From: Nitrospinales bacterium | Lineage (GTDB): Bacteria > Nitrospinota > Nitrospinia > Nitrospinales > VA-1 | Reading direction: 5' to 3' | Assembly (NCBI GenBank): GCA_965223345.1 | Contig: CBDCWG010000012.1 | Location: 2,880,001-2,944,000 of the forward strand | Length of the DNA stretch: 64,000 nt | In this document: in pieces, positions 27,742 through 40,490 of the stretch | Layout: each line of letters begins with the position of its first letter | Position numbering within the stretch: the first letter of the stretch is position 1 | Position numbers and translations under genes: made by a program | The notes under the pieces: model-generated | What the model was told of the DNA's origin: nothing | Seen by the model: only the letters and a program-made list of their open reading frames with translations | Databases searched by the model: none

Positions 27742-28707
27742 TCAGCAGCCGAGGCTTTCCACCGCGTCTTCCAGCGACATGGCGATGCAGGAGAAGATCG
27801 GCGTGTCTTTTTCCACGTAGCGGCTGCCTTCGGTTTCCCGCAGTTCCTGCACGAGATCGAGAAAGTCGCCGGGGTAGTCCGACTCGAACGCAACGACAAA
27901 CTCGTTGTCGTCGATGCCAAACGAATACGTGGTGTTCAGCTTGACGGAGGGGTACTTGTTCCCCACGAAAATGTGCTCGTCCATGATGCCCTGGCGGGTG
28001 AACTGGGTGAGCAGGTACCATTCCCGTTTTTTCACGAAGGGGTAGATGAACAGGTACTTGGCCTTGCCGGGGATGATGTGGGTGCGGTCTTCCTCATGCT
28101 CGGGGTTGAACATGTCCTGGTACATCGACCGCTTGGTCTGGGAAAGATACGAATAGGTGACGTCGAGGTATTTCCCCAGTCCCGTTTTGTAGAGCCGGGT
28201 GCTCATTTTCTGAAAATTTTCCATCTCGTAGCTGATGCGCCACAGCATGATCTCGGCATCGGGGCGGATGCCCATGACCGAATAGCTGAGCAGGATCATG
28301 TCCGAGTTGCTGTCGAACTCTTCCAGCACGTCGAGAAATTCCCGCTTACCCTTTTCCCGCTCTTCTTCGGGCAGACGCCGGAACGCCGGGTCGAGCTTGT
28401 AGAACACGAAATTCACGAACTGGCGCTTGACTTCCTTTTCCTCGCTCTTGGCGCCTTTCTCGGCAACCTGTGCCCGCTTGGCGCGCGCATCGGCCATGGC
28501 AGCCCCTTCCCGTTCCTGACGGGCGCGGGAGACCACTTCGTCGTCGATGAGATCGATGCTCTTGTCCTTGGCGTACTGCTCGATGCCGCGCACGACGCTC
28601 TTGCGCACGAAAAACGGCACGTTCTTCATGCGCTCCATCGCACTGTCGGTCCATTTCAGCTCGGTGGCCGGCATCAATTCTTCCAACTCTTTGTCATCAA
28701 TGGCCAT
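27742..28707 (-). CDS. Chlorite dismutase/coproheme decarboxylase family heme protein with N-terminal PCP_red domain
   Basis: N-terminal WTDSAMERMKNVPFFVRKSVVRGIEQYA (PCP_red); C-terminal YPFVKKREWYLL...MDEHI...YSFGIDDNEFVVAFE...LRETE. Confidence 0.85.
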   Translation of the reverse strand: MAIDDKELEELMPATELKWTDSAMERMKNVPFFVRKSVVRGIEQYAKDKSIDLIDDEVVSRARQEREGAAMADARAKRAQVAEKGAKSEEKEVKRQFVNFVFYKLDPAFRRLPEEEREKGKREFLDVLEEFDSNSDMILLSYSVMGIRPDAEIMLWRISYEMENFQKMSTRLYKTGLGKYLDVTYSYLSQTKRSMYQDMFNPEHEEDRTHIIPGKAKYLFIYPFVKKREWYLLTQFTRQGIMDEHIFVGNKYPSVKLNTTYSFGIDDNEFVVAFESDYPGDFLDLVQELRETEGSRYVEKDTPIFSCIAMSLEDAVESLGC

Positions 28708-28906
28708 ATCGATGTTCTCTTCGGAAAAGGTTTCAGAATGCGGGGGAAGCGAAGATTATAGGGGAAATTCGCCGAAATTGAAAGGGTTTTGACGGCGGGC
28801 CGAAAGGTTAACCCTTTACGCTTCAAGCATCCACATCCATTTGGGCTTTCGTCTCATGATAGACTGGAGATGCTGCAATTTCAACCTCAAAAGGGACGAC
28901 GCTGTG

Positions 28907-30109
28907 ATGAATACGAGCGACTATATCCGACTGGAGAACGAATACGGGGCCCACAATTACAAACCTCTGGACGTGGTGCTGTGCCGCGGCGAAGGCATCT
29001 GGGTGCACGATGTGGAGGGCAGGCGCTATCTGGACTGCCTTTCGGCCTATTCGGCGGTGAATCAGGGCCACTGCCACCCGCGCATCCTCAAGGCCCTGGT
29101 TCGTCAGGCGGAACAGCTCACCCTGGTTTCGCGCGCCTTCCGGCACGATCAGCTGGGCCTGTTCTACAAGGAAATCTGCGAGCTGACCGACTCGCACAGC
29201 GTGCTGCCGATGAACAGCGGCGCAGAGGCGGTGGAGACGGCCATCAAGGCGGTGCGCAAATGGGGGTATCAGGTCAAGGGGGTGCCCGAAGGGTTGGCCG
29301 AGATCGTGGTCTGCGAGAACAATTTCCACGGCCGCACGCTGACCATCGTCGGCTTCAGCACCGAGCCGCAGTACAAGGAAGGCTACGCGCCGTTCACGCC
29401 GGGATTCAAAATCATCCCCTTCGGCGACGCGCAGGCGCTGGAGCGGGCCATCACCCCCAACACGGTGGCGTTTCTGGTGGAGCCGATTCAGGGCGAAGGC
29501 GGCGTGATCGTGCCGCCGGACGATTACCTCAAGAAAGTGCGGGCGATCTGCGACGAGCACAACGTCATGCTGGTGCTGGACGAGATCCAGACCGGGCTCG
29601 GGCGCACGGGCAAACTGTTCGCCGAGGAACACGCGGGCGTGCAGTCCGACCTCACGCTCATCGGCAAGGCGCTGTGCGGCGGCTTCTACCCCGTGTCCGC
29701 CGTGCTGTCCAACAAGGAAGTGCTGGGCGTGTTCAAACCGGGCGACCACGGCAGCACCTTCGGCGGCAACCCGCTGGGCTGCGCGGTGGCGCGCGAATCG
29801 CTGAAAGTGCTGATCGAGGAAAACATGATCGGAAACGCCGCCGAGCTGGGCGAGTACTTCATGACGCGGCTGAAAGCCATCCCCTCAAAACACGTGCAGG
29901 AAGTGCGCGGCAAGGGACTCTTGATCGGCGTCGAGCTGAACGAGCAGGCCGGAGGCGCGCGCCGCTTCTGCGAGGCGCTGGCGCAAAAGGGGCTGCTCTG
30001 CAAGGAGACGCACGAAAACGTCATCCGCTTCGCGCCGCCGCTCATCATCAAGAAGCCGGAAATCGATGCGGCGCTGGAAAAAATCGAGGACGTGTTGATG
30101 CAGGGTTGA
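28907..30109 (+). CDS. rocD: Ornithine--oxo-acid transaminase
   Basis: [63 protein letters not shown]. Confidence 0.95.
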   Translation: MNTSDYIRLENEYGAHNYKPLDVVLCRGEGIWVHDVEGRRYLDCLSAYSAVNQGHCHPRILKALVRQAEQLTLVSRAFRHDQLGLFYKEICELTDSHSVLPMNSGAEAVETAIKAVRKWGYQVKGVPEGLAEIVVCENNFHGRTLTIVGFSTEPQYKEGYAPFTPGFKIIPFGDAQALERAITPNTVAFLVEPIQGEGGVIVPPDDYLKKVRAICDEHNVMLVLDEIQTGLGRTGKLFAEEHAGVQSDLTLIGKALCGGFYPVSAVLSNKEVLGVFKPGDHGSTFGGNPLGCAVARESLKVLIEENMIGNAAELGEYFMTRLKAIPSKHVQEVRGKGLLIGVELNEQAGGARRFCEALAQKGLLCKETHENVIRFAPPLIIKKPEIDAALEKIEDVLMQG

Positions 30110-30223
30110 AGTTCCAAACTGGAAATTTCAAAAGCAGAGGAGAGGTGCTTCATGCGCCCGAAACGCCTTAAATATAACATTTTACTTGATCGCCCTGCCC
30201 TTCCCCGCTAAGATTCCTGCGTT

Positions 30224-30664
30224 ATGAATGCGCTCGTTTTCGCTATGAAAAAACCTTCTCTTCAGCTTGCGCTGCTGGCCGTTTTCACGCTGCTTTGCGC
30301 GGGAAACGTTTCCGGTGCGGAAGCGCTCGACCGGATGGAAGTGCGCTCGGCCGTGTCCAGCGAGGTGTCGCTGATCCGCTACGCGCACCGCCTGCAGGAC
30401 AAGGTGTACGCCAACTGGCAGACGCCCGACTCTCTGGAAGATTTCGACGAGGATCTCAAGCCCGCGGTGGTTTCGTTCTGGGTGCTGCACGACGGACGCA
30501 TTCTGGGAGCCAAGGTGCAGAAAAGCACGGGCGAGGAAGAGCTGGACGATCTGGCTCTGAAAGCGGTGCAACGCTCGAAACCGTTCCCGAAGTTCCCCGA
30601 CGATCTGAAAGAGCGCAATTCGATGAAGGTGTCGATCCAGTTCCGCTACATCGCCAACCACTGA
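30224..30664 (+). CDS. TonB/TolA C-terminal domain protein, exported
   Basis: Signal-like N-terminus; KVYANW...VVSFWVLHDGRI...STGEEELDDLALKAVQRSKPFPKFP. Confidence 0.8.
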   Translation: MNALVFAMKKPSLQLALLAVFTLLCAGNVSGAEALDRMEVRSAVSSEVSLIRYAHRLQDKVYANWQTPDSLEDFDEDLKPAVVSFWVLHDGRILGAKVQKSTGEEELDDLALKAVQRSKPFPKFPDDLKERNSMKVSIQFRYIANH

Positions 30665-30670
30665 CCCCCG

Positions 30671-32857
<2,187 letters not shown>

Positions 32858-33069
32858 AACAAAACTCCTTCCAACCCAACGGCGGCGGTTGGGCGACGGC
32901 GCGGTTTCAGGGTGGCTCTAGGATACAGAAAGTTTCTCTGCAATTGAAGGGCGGAGTGTTCTCAAGCGGCAGCCGGGATGATTCGGCAGGGTGAAATCAG
33001 CACCGGAAGCGGGCATTGCGTGGGATTAAACTGAAATGGAAAAGCAGACGTGAAGGAATGCGGCCGGCG

Positions 33070-34113
33070 TTACTTTTTGACCAACCCATAACGAAACTGG
33101 TGGTAGAAATCGCGGACGCTTTCGTACTCGTCGATGGCGCTTTCCTCGATGGAGGCGATGTCGTCGATGATGAAGGAGGTGGAGTTGACCTGGTCGGCGG
33201 CGGTGGTTCCGGCGCCGATCAGAAACGGCGCGGAAGCGAAGTACGCGGGGCTCAGGAATGCGTCCGCCACCCGTCCGACGGCGTTTCTTCCGGTCGAGGG
33301 TCCGAGAAACGGCAGCACGATATAGGGACCGGTCGGCACATTGTGAAAGCCCAGCGCCTGGTCCATGTCCTCGTTGACGTTTTCGATGCCCCATTCCTGT
33401 CCGGCCACATCGAGCATGCCGCCGAAACCCAGCGTGGTGTTGATGACCAGCCGGCTGACGACACGGCCGGATTTTCCCAGATCCCCCTGAATGAGACTGC
33501 TGACCAGCTTCACCGGGGACAGGGCGTTGTCGAACACGTTGCGGATGGCGATGCGCACATCCTCGGGCAGTACATAGCGCCAGCCGCGCGCCACCGGCTC
33601 CATGGCGTATTCGTAGATGTTGTCGTTGACGCTGAACATGAAACGGTTGTAGGTCTCGAACGGATCCTTGAGTTCCGGGATATCCTCTTCGGCGCTCGGA
33701 GCGAACGGATCTTCCAGATCTTCAAATTGCAAATCGGCATCGTCGCCGCCGGCCCCGGCTCCGGCAGACATCGCTCCTCCTTCAAACGGATCGACCAGAT
33801 CGTCCGACTCACCGGCCTGTTCTTCCGACGATTCAGACGCACCGCTGCTTTCCGCATCCTCTTGCGGTTCGGCGTCCATGCCCTCCTGCCCTCCGGGCGG
33901 CGGCACTTTTTTCTCAAGCAGAATGGTGATGTCCGAGGACTGGGCGAAACGATTGTCCGGGGCGAGTTCGTAGATGAAGGGAGGCGAGTCGGCGGTTTGC
34001 AGGGATTCGTTTTGCGATGGGGCAGAAGCGGAAAGTGCGAGCGAGGGAACGAGCAACAGGCCCCAACCGCTCAAACTGAATAATCTCCGCTTCCATCCTC
34101 CGGCAGACTTCAT
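33070..34113 (-). CDS. mlaA: MlaA/VacJ family lipid-asymmetry protein with long acidic N-terminal extension
   Basis: DPFETYNRFMFSVND, RLVINTTLGFGG, EDMDQALG, GPYIVLPFLGPST, DEYESVRDFY. Confidence 0.88.
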   Translation of the reverse strand: MKSAGGWKRRLFSLSGWGLLLVPSLALSASAPSQNESLQTADSPPFIYELAPDNRFAQSSDITILLEKKVPPPGGQEGMDAEPQEDAESSGASESSEEQAGESDDLVDPFEGGAMSAGAGAGGDDADLQFEDLEDPFAPSAEEDIPELKDPFETYNRFMFSVNDNIYEYAMEPVARGWRYVLPEDVRIAIRNVFDNALSPVKLVSSLIQGDLGKSGRVVSRLVINTTLGFGGMLDVAGQEWGIENVNEDMDQALGFHNVPTGPYIVLPFLGPSTGRNAVGRVADAFLSPAYFASAPFLIGAGTTAADQVNSTSFIIDDIASIEESAIDEYESVRDFYHQFRYGLVKK

Positions 34114-34376
34114 TGGAACCTTTCGAGTTTCAACTTTGCGACATTTTTTCAGCTAAAAAAAATCCCTTATCAGGGATGATACCACTACCTCCATGATTTG
34201 AATGCGTTAAGTTACAATATAACAAAAAGCAAACAAAATGAAAAAACATTTTGAGGATTTTTTTGCGTTTCAACAACGCCTGTGATTTTTTTTTCGCGTT
34301 GTTTTTATTCATCCCGCGCTTGAAAAATTTTTTTTTGCGGGCCGCAAACCCGCAGCGGGCAAGCGTGTGATCTGGA

Positions 34377-35135
34377 TCACGTTTTGCCTTGCGGTTCCGG
34401 CATGGCCTGGGACAACTGGCTCACGATCTTTTCCGATAAGATGACGTTGCCTTTGCGGGCGCGTTGCACGGTTTCCCACGCCGCTTCATAATCGTTCGCG
34501 TGCATCTGCGTCTCCACCAGCACTTCATACGCCGTGGCGTTGAACGGGTTGATCTCGAGCGCCTCGTCGAGCTTCTGCACCGCCTCCTTGTGGCGGCCCA
34601 GCTGATCGAGGGACGCGCCCATGTACGCGAGCGCGTTGCTGTTCTCCGGCGTCAACGCGATCACCTGGTCGTATTTCTCCAGCGCTTCCTCGAAACGCCC
34701 TTCCATCGCCAGGACCAGTCCCCAATATAAAAACGCTTTTGCATTTGTCGCATCCAGCTCGGTTGACTTTACAAATTTTTCAATGGCGGCGCTGCGCAGC
34801 CCGGATTTGACCAGCGAAATGCCCCACCAGGTGTGTGCCTGGGAACTTTTCGGATTCATCTGCGCGAGCTTTTCCGCCATTTCGGCGGCTTCGCTGTGCT
34901 TGCCGAGCGCGTTCAGTTCCTTGACGGCTTTGAGGGGGTCGAGCGGCTGGGCTTGCTGCTTCTCTTTCAGTTTTTTCAACTCTTCCTGCTGCTTTTCACG
35001 CTCCAGGACCGCCCTCTCCTGCGCTTCCTCGCGCTCGCGCACTTCCTCCAGCCTGGAAAAATAAGCTAAGACGGCGAATCCCAGAAATATGATGACATTG
35101 CACAGGACCCACACCAATTTCACTTTACGGGGCAT
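34377..35135 (-). CDS. Membrane-anchored TPR protein
   Basis: N-terminal TM helix, charged coiled coil, several TPR motifs. Confidence 0.85.
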   Translation of the reverse strand: MPRKVKLVWVLCNVIIFLGFAVLAYFSRLEEVREREEAQERAVLEREKQQEELKKLKEKQQAQPLDPLKAVKELNALGKHSEAAEMAEKLAQMNPKSSQAHTWWGISLVKSGLRSAAIEKFVKSTELDATNAKAFLYWGLVLAMEGRFEEALEKYDQVIALTPENSNALAYMGASLDQLGRHKEAVQKLDEALEINPFNATAYEVLVETQMHANDYEAAWETVQRARKGNVILSEKIVSQLSQAMPEPQGKT

Positions 35136-35428
35136 GCATGACCTCGGGTGACGGTTGTGTCCGGATCGCGATCCGGCGGGGTTTCAAAAAGACGCTTCGA
35201 TGCCGTGCGGGTGGCGTTTTCCCGAGTGGAATCCCTGCGGGAAAGGAAGGCGATGCGCATCCTGTCGATACGGGAAAATTCCAAGGCTGGGACCGGACCC
35301 ATTCGGCTCATAAAGGTCGATAAAGTATACATTTGTTCCTATTCAGGATCAAAGTTTCTTTGCCGCCGTCCGCATCGCACGCGTCCGGCCACTTTTCTTT
35401 CCTGCGAGAATCGCTGACGTCGCGCCGG

Positions 35429-38400
35429 TTACAAGGCGTCGAGCCATTTTTGCGCGTTGGCCTTCATTTTCGGGTTGCCCTGTTCCGGATCGGAATACCG
35501 GAGAAACTGCTCCAGGTGCGTGCGCGCCCGTTTCGGGTCGCGGCTCTGGAACTGCCGGCCGAGATAATAATGCGCCGGGGCGAACTTCGGATCGAAACGC
35601 AGCGCCCGCTCGAACTCGGCCACCGCCTTTTCGGGCCGGTTGCGGAAGGCGTGCGCGAGCCCCAGGTTCAGGCTCACGGCGCTGTCCCCCGCGTACCACT
35701 GCTGGACATCGGTGAGCAGCTTCTCGGCTTGTTCGGGCCGGGCGGTGGAAAGGTACAGCTCGCTCAGCGCCACCGCGCCGAACACGTAATAGGGATTCAC
35801 TCTCAGCGTCGTCTGATAGGCGGCTTCCGCTTTATCGACCAGCTTGAGCGCTTTGAAGATGTTTCCCATGTTGAAATAGGTCAGCACGTGCTCCGGGTCG
35901 AGTTTGAGGATCTGCGAGTAACGCTGCAGGGCTTCCGCCGTCCTTCCGTTCTGAAAATCGAACTGCGCTTCGTTCAAAAGCCGTTCGATCTGCGCCTGGC
36001 GCTTGATCTCGCGCACCTGGCTTTCGGAGCGCTGCAATTGCGACAGTTGTTGCCGCACGCGATCACGGGCCGGCGCATCGGTGTCCTCAAACACCACAAA
36101 CTCCGGATCGATCTGGAAAAACGGCGAGAGCTGCCGCACCAGCGCATCGCGGTCGTCCTTGTAGATGTAGCGCGGCGCGCTGAACTCCAGCAGGGAATTG
36201 TCGTCGGTGTGGATCGGCGCATCGAGGCTGAAGCGCACCAGACCGCCCCGGTCCATGATCATGAGGCTCATCAGGTCGTAAATGTTTTCGATGCCGATAC
36301 GCGCAAGATCCCTCTGGATGGTTTCCTTTTGCAGGAATGCAGCGAACCCTTCGTAGGACAGCCGGTAATCCCGGGAGGAACCGATCAGCAGGTAATCGTC
36401 GCCGACGATCGACTCCCACATGGTCACGTAGGGAAAGGCTTCGCTGAAGGAACGGGTGATCGACTTGAAACTGTCGGGCGACATATTTGTGTGGACCCAG
36501 ATGCAGGCGATCCCATTCGGAGTGAGGCGCTTTTTCAGCAGGTCGAAGAAATCGATGGTGAACAGCGCGCCGACGCCGGAGATCCACGGGTTGGAGGGCT
36601 CGGACACGATCACGTCGTATTGCTTGTCCGACAGGGCCACGTGGTTGCGCCCGTCTTCCAGGATGACGTTGACGCGTTCATCGTCGAGGGCCTGATGATT
36701 GAACGGGCCGAAAAACTTCGAGCCTTCGATCACCGCAGGCGAGATCTCCACCAGGTCGATGGCCTCGACCGGAAACTGCTCGACGGCCCCCAGGGTGATG
36801 CCGCTGCCCTGCCCGATCACCAGCGCCTGTTTCGGCTCTTCGCTGAAAAACAGCGGCAGGTAGCCGGACAAGAGCTGCGTGCGCATGTCCAGCGCCAGCG
36901 AGGCGTCAGTCTTGCCGTTGACGCGCAGAAAGATGTTGCCCGACACGGACAGCTCGGTGGTCACGGTGGTGTGCATGCCTTCCTTGTAAAACAGGATCTT
37001 GTTCTTGGCGTTCTCGGCCTCGCTCAGGTCCTTGATGCGGTACGGCATGAAGGAACCGCTGGAGATCACCGCTTTGTCCCATCCTTCTACCATACGGCCG
37101 CCGAACAGCGCGACGAGCAGCGCCAGCGGCAGCACGGTCAGTTTGTACGTCGGGCGCAGCGTCGCGGAGCGGCTGAGAATGAGGACACCGAGCACCCCGT
37201 TCAGCAGCACCGCCGCCAGCACCGTGTTCTGGATGCCGATCCAGGGGATCAGCACGAATCCGCCCAGAAAGGAGCCGATGATCGTGCCGACGGTGTTGGA
37301 GGCGTAGACCCGCCCGACGTTGTGCCCGAGCGTCTCCAGTTCCTGCGCCACCAGCTTCACCACGACGGGAAACTGTCCGCCCATCAGAAACGTCGGCACG
37401 AACAGCAGCGTGAAAATGATGGCGAAATTGGAAAACTGGATCGAGGTGAAATCGACGCTCCAGTTCTGATAGATCCAGCGGTTGACGAAGGGGATCTCGC
37501 CGAACAGCGGCAGGACCGCCAGCGCGGAAAAGCCGATGCCGAGCTGCAGCAGCCCGAAGACCTTCACCCGGTCGGCAAACCGGTGCTGCCAGCGGGAAAA
37601 CGCCAGCGTGCCGAGCGCCAGCCCGAGGATGAAGGTGGTCAGGATCAGGCCGAACGCGTACACCGACGACCCCAATAGCAGCGAAAGCACGCGGTTCCAG
37701 GCGATCTGGTACACCAGCGCGGACACGCCGGACAATCCGAAAGCCAAAAGGAGAGCGACGGTCTTTACGTTCAGCCTGCCTGTGGACTGCGCGGCCGGCG
37801 CGGCCTCCCCATCCCGTGCCAGGGACGGCCGGAACAGCACGAAGATCACCGCGGCGATTCCGAGGTTCAGGGCCGCCGCGATGTGGATGGTGGCGCTCAC
37901 GCCCCACAGCCGCATCAGCAGAAACGCGCTGGCCAGCGCCCCGATCACCGCGCCGAAGGTGTTGACGGCGTACAGCGTACCGACGTCGCGGCCGATGGCG
38001 CCGGATTCTTTCGAGACGAACTTGCTGAGCACCGGAAGGGTCGCGCCCATGAAGGTGGTGGGGATGAGCAGGATGCCGCCGCAGATGAGAAAGCGCAGAA
38101 AGCTGGCGCTGGCGTAGGACTGCGACGTATCCAGGTAGATGGACTTGAACAGCGGGTGCGCCCAGTCGATGAGAGCGGGGATCAGCAGGCAGTACAGGCC
38201 GATGGCGGCTTCCAGCAGGGCGTAAACGGCGAGCGGGTTGAAGTAGCGGTCGATGATGCGGCCGCCCAGGTAGCTCCCGAGCGCCAGCCCTCCCATGAAG
38301 GAGGTGAGGACCGTGGCCACTGAATAATGGGTGTTGCCCATGACCAGGGTCAGCAGGCGCGTCCACACCACTTCATAGATCAGGCCCGTCGCACCGGAGA

Positions 38401-38452
38401 TGAGGAAGAAAAGGAATATCCAGAATCTCGACTGCGGGTTGAAAGTGGCCAA
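35429..38452 (-). CDS. Fused multi-TM (MFS-like) / spermidine-synthase-like SAM-dependent domain / TPR protein
   Basis: Duplicated SGATGLIYEVVWTR / SGVSALVYQIAWNR membrane repeats; ALVIGQGSGIT, DLVEIS, EDGRNH, YDVIVSEPSNPW; C-terminal TPRs. Confidence 0.9.
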   Translation of the reverse strand: MATFNPQSRFWIFLFFLISGATGLIYEVVWTRLLTLVMGNTHYSVATVLTSFMGGLALGSYLGGRIIDRYFNPLAVYALLEAAIGLYCLLIPALIDWAHPLFKSIYLDTSQSYASASFLRFLICGGILLIPTTFMGATLPVLSKFVSKESGAIGRDVGTLYAVNTFGAVIGALASAFLLMRLWGVSATIHIAAALNLGIAAVIFVLFRPSLARDGEAAPAAQSTGRLNVKTVALLLAFGLSGVSALVYQIAWNRVLSLLLGSSVYAFGLILTTFILGLALGTLAFSRWQHRFADRVKVFGLLQLGIGFSALAVLPLFGEIPFVNRWIYQNWSVDFTSIQFSNFAIIFTLLFVPTFLMGGQFPVVVKLVAQELETLGHNVGRVYASNTVGTIIGSFLGGFVLIPWIGIQNTVLAAVLLNGVLGVLILSRSATLRPTYKLTVLPLALLVALFGGRMVEGWDKAVISSGSFMPYRIKDLSEAENAKNKILFYKEGMHTTVTTELSVSGNIFLRVNGKTDASLALDMRTQLLSGYLPLFFSEEPKQALVIGQGSGITLGAVEQFPVEAIDLVEISPAVIEGSKFFGPFNHQALDDERVNVILEDGRNHVALSDKQYDVIVSEPSNPWISGVGALFTIDFFDLLKKRLTPNGIACIWVHTNMSPDSFKSITRSFSEAFPYVTMWESIVGDDYLLIGSSRDYRLSYEGFAAFLQKETIQRDLARIGIENIYDLMSLMIMDRGGLVRFSLDAPIHTDDNSLLEFSAPRYIYKDDRDALVRQLSPFFQIDPEFVVFEDTDAPARDRVRQQLSQLQRSESQVREIKRQAQIERLLNEAQFDFQNGRTAEALQRYSQILKLDPEHVLTYFNMGNIFKALKLVDKAEAAYQTTLRVNPYYVFGAVALSELYLSTARPEQAEKLLTDVQQWYAGDSAVSLNLGLAHAFRNRPEKAVAEFERALRFDPKFAPAHYYLGRQFQSRDPKRARTHLEQFLRYSDPEQGNPKMKANAQKWLDAL

Positions 38453-38481
38453 GGGAACGGAGCCCGATGCAGGGCGTGGGA

Positions 38482-39384
38482 TTACTGTTCTTCGGACACC
38501 TTTTTGGATCGCGCGCAGCGGAATCCGACGATGGCGTCCTTGCGTCCCGGTGTGGCCGCAAAACGCTTGGCCACGCGGATGTCAACGGTTCGATGGTCCC
38601 AGGAGCCGCCGCGGTACACCCGGTTTTTCTTGTTTTCCGGACCGGTGGGGTTCATGAGGGGCGCGACCTGGTAGTAGAACTGGTCGTAAAAATCCTCCAC
38701 CCATTCGGAGACGTTGCCCGCCATGTCGTACACACCGTAGACACTGCGGCCCATCGGGAAACTGCCCACGGGAGCCATGTACTCGTAGCCGTCGGCCTTG
38801 CCGGCCAGGTTGGCGCGCTTGTCGAGCATCTTGTTGCCCCAGGGATATTTCAGGCCGTGCGTGCCGCGCGCCGCTTTTTCCCACTCGGCTTCGGTGGGAA
38901 GTCGTTTGCCTGCCCACTTGCAGTAGTTGACGGCGTCGTTCCAGGACACACCGACCACAGGGAAATTAGGGGTCTTGAGGATGGATTGGTCCGCTTTGAA
39001 AAACGGCACGGAGGGTTCCACGTAATTGGCGGCGCGGCGGAATTTGTTGTAGGACTCGACGCTGACCTCGTGCTTGTCGATGTAAAACGCATCGAGGTAG
39101 ATCTCCTGCTGCGGCTTTTCGTCAAAGCCGCCGGAATCCGACCCGCGCGTGAAAATGCCTTCGGGAATCAGGATCATCTCGCGCCCGTCTTCCCCCATGA
39201 GCGTTTCAAAGATGCTGAAATCGCGGTTGTCCTCGATTTCCACCTGTTTGGCCTTCACAGCCAGTTTCTGGAATTCCTTGTCGGAGTCGATCGACTTTTT
39301 GATCTCCCAGATGATCACCAGAAGAAACAAAACTGTGATGGCAAAACAGGCAATGATGCCTATCATTAAGTTTTTATCTCGCAT
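38482..39384 (-). CDS. Formylglycine-generating enzyme (FGE-sulfatase/SUMF1) domain protein, membrane anchored
   Basis: KRLPTEAEWEKAARG, YDMAGNVSEWV, RGGSW, GFRCA; N-terminal TM helix. Confidence 0.9.
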   Translation of the reverse strand: MRDKNLMIGIIACFAITVLFLLVIIWEIKKSIDSDKEFQKLAVKAKQVEIEDNRDFSIFETLMGEDGREMILIPEGIFTRGSDSGGFDEKPQQEIYLDAFYIDKHEVSVESYNKFRRAANYVEPSVPFFKADQSILKTPNFPVVGVSWNDAVNYCKWAGKRLPTEAEWEKAARGTHGLKYPWGNKMLDKRANLAGKADGYEYMAPVGSFPMGRSVYGVYDMAGNVSEWVEDFYDQFYYQVAPLMNPTGPENKKNRVYRGGSWDHRTVDIRVAKRFAATPGRKDAIVGFRCARSKKVSEEQ

Positions 39385-39563
39385 TTTCGCGCTGAACTGG
39401 AAAAGTTTGTTGGGAAAAAAACAAAAAGTTGATTATAGTTTAAAAGAAATTTAAAGCAATGAAAAAGCTGTGCAAACGGCTGTTGCAGCGCGGGCGGGCG
39501 GACTTTTTCAGGCTCAATGGAAACGGGCATTTCGGGCGGAATCGGCGGGGAGAAACGGCGGCT

Positions 39564-40388
39564 ATGGACTTACTGACAGCCAAGGATGCGGCGCTGGAAT
39601 ACAGCCGGCAGGCGGAAAAAGAGATCCTCAAATGGTTCCGCAGGGACCTGCAGGTGGAAGCCAAATCGGACCTGTCGCCGGTGACGGTGGCGGACCGCAA
39701 TGCCGAGCAGATCCTGCGGAAAAACATCAATGCGGATTATCCGAATTGCGGGATCATCGGCGAGGAGTTCGGCAACGAAAACGAGGATGCGGAGTGGGTG
39801 TGGACGCTGGACCCGATCGACGGCACCCGCTCCTTCGTGCGCGGCCTGCCCCTGTTCGCGGTGCTCACCGCCCTGCTGCACAAGGGCAAACCGGTGCTGG
39901 GAACGCTGGCCCTGCCCGCCATCGGCGAAACCTTCTGGGCCGTCGAGGGGCACGGCGCCTGGTGTGGCGACGAGCGGCTGTCCGTCTCGCCGCAGACCGA
40001 CCTGTCCCGCTCTCTGGTCGCGATTGCGGATCTGTACTGCTTTGAGCAGGAAAAGCGCAAGGCGCTGGTGCGCTGGCTGGAAAAGGAAGCGGCGATGGTG
40101 CGCACCTATCCGGACGCGTTCGGGCACATTCTGGCGGCGCGGGGCGCGGTGGATGTGATGGTCGATCCGCTGGCCAAGATCTGGGATTATGCGCCCTGCA
40201 AAATCCTGGTGGAGGAAGCGGGCGGGGAATTCGCCAATTTCACCGGCAACCGGTCCAGTATCCGCGAGGGCACGGGCCTTTCGGGCAATGCAAAACTGGT
40301 GCAGAAGATCCGGAAACAGCTGGCCGGGAAGGGTAAAGCGTCGAAACCCGCGGCGAAAACCCCGCGGAAACGCAAGCGAAGCCGCTGA
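39564..40388 (+). CDS. Inositol monophosphatase family protein, probable histidinol-phosphatase (HisN-type)
   Basis: SPVTVADR, GEEFG, WTLDPIDGTRSF, WDYAP. Confidence 0.85.
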   Translation: MDLLTAKDAALEYSRQAEKEILKWFRRDLQVEAKSDLSPVTVADRNAEQILRKNINADYPNCGIIGEEFGNENEDAEWVWTLDPIDGTRSFVRGLPLFAVLTALLHKGKPVLGTLALPAIGETFWAVEGHGAWCGDERLSVSPQTDLSRSLVAIADLYCFEQEKRKALVRWLEKEAAMVRTYPDAFGHILAARGAVDVMVDPLAKIWDYAPCKILVEEAGGEFANFTGNRSSIREGTGLSGNAKLVQKIRKQLAGKGKASKPAAKTPRKRKRSR

Positions 40389-40490
40389 ATGCAGTCGATG
40401 GCATGCAGGGAGCAACGGGTGTGACCCGTTTCAAATAGAGATTGTGCGGATTATGCGAATAGAGGAAAGCGGAACAGGTGAATCGGGGCG

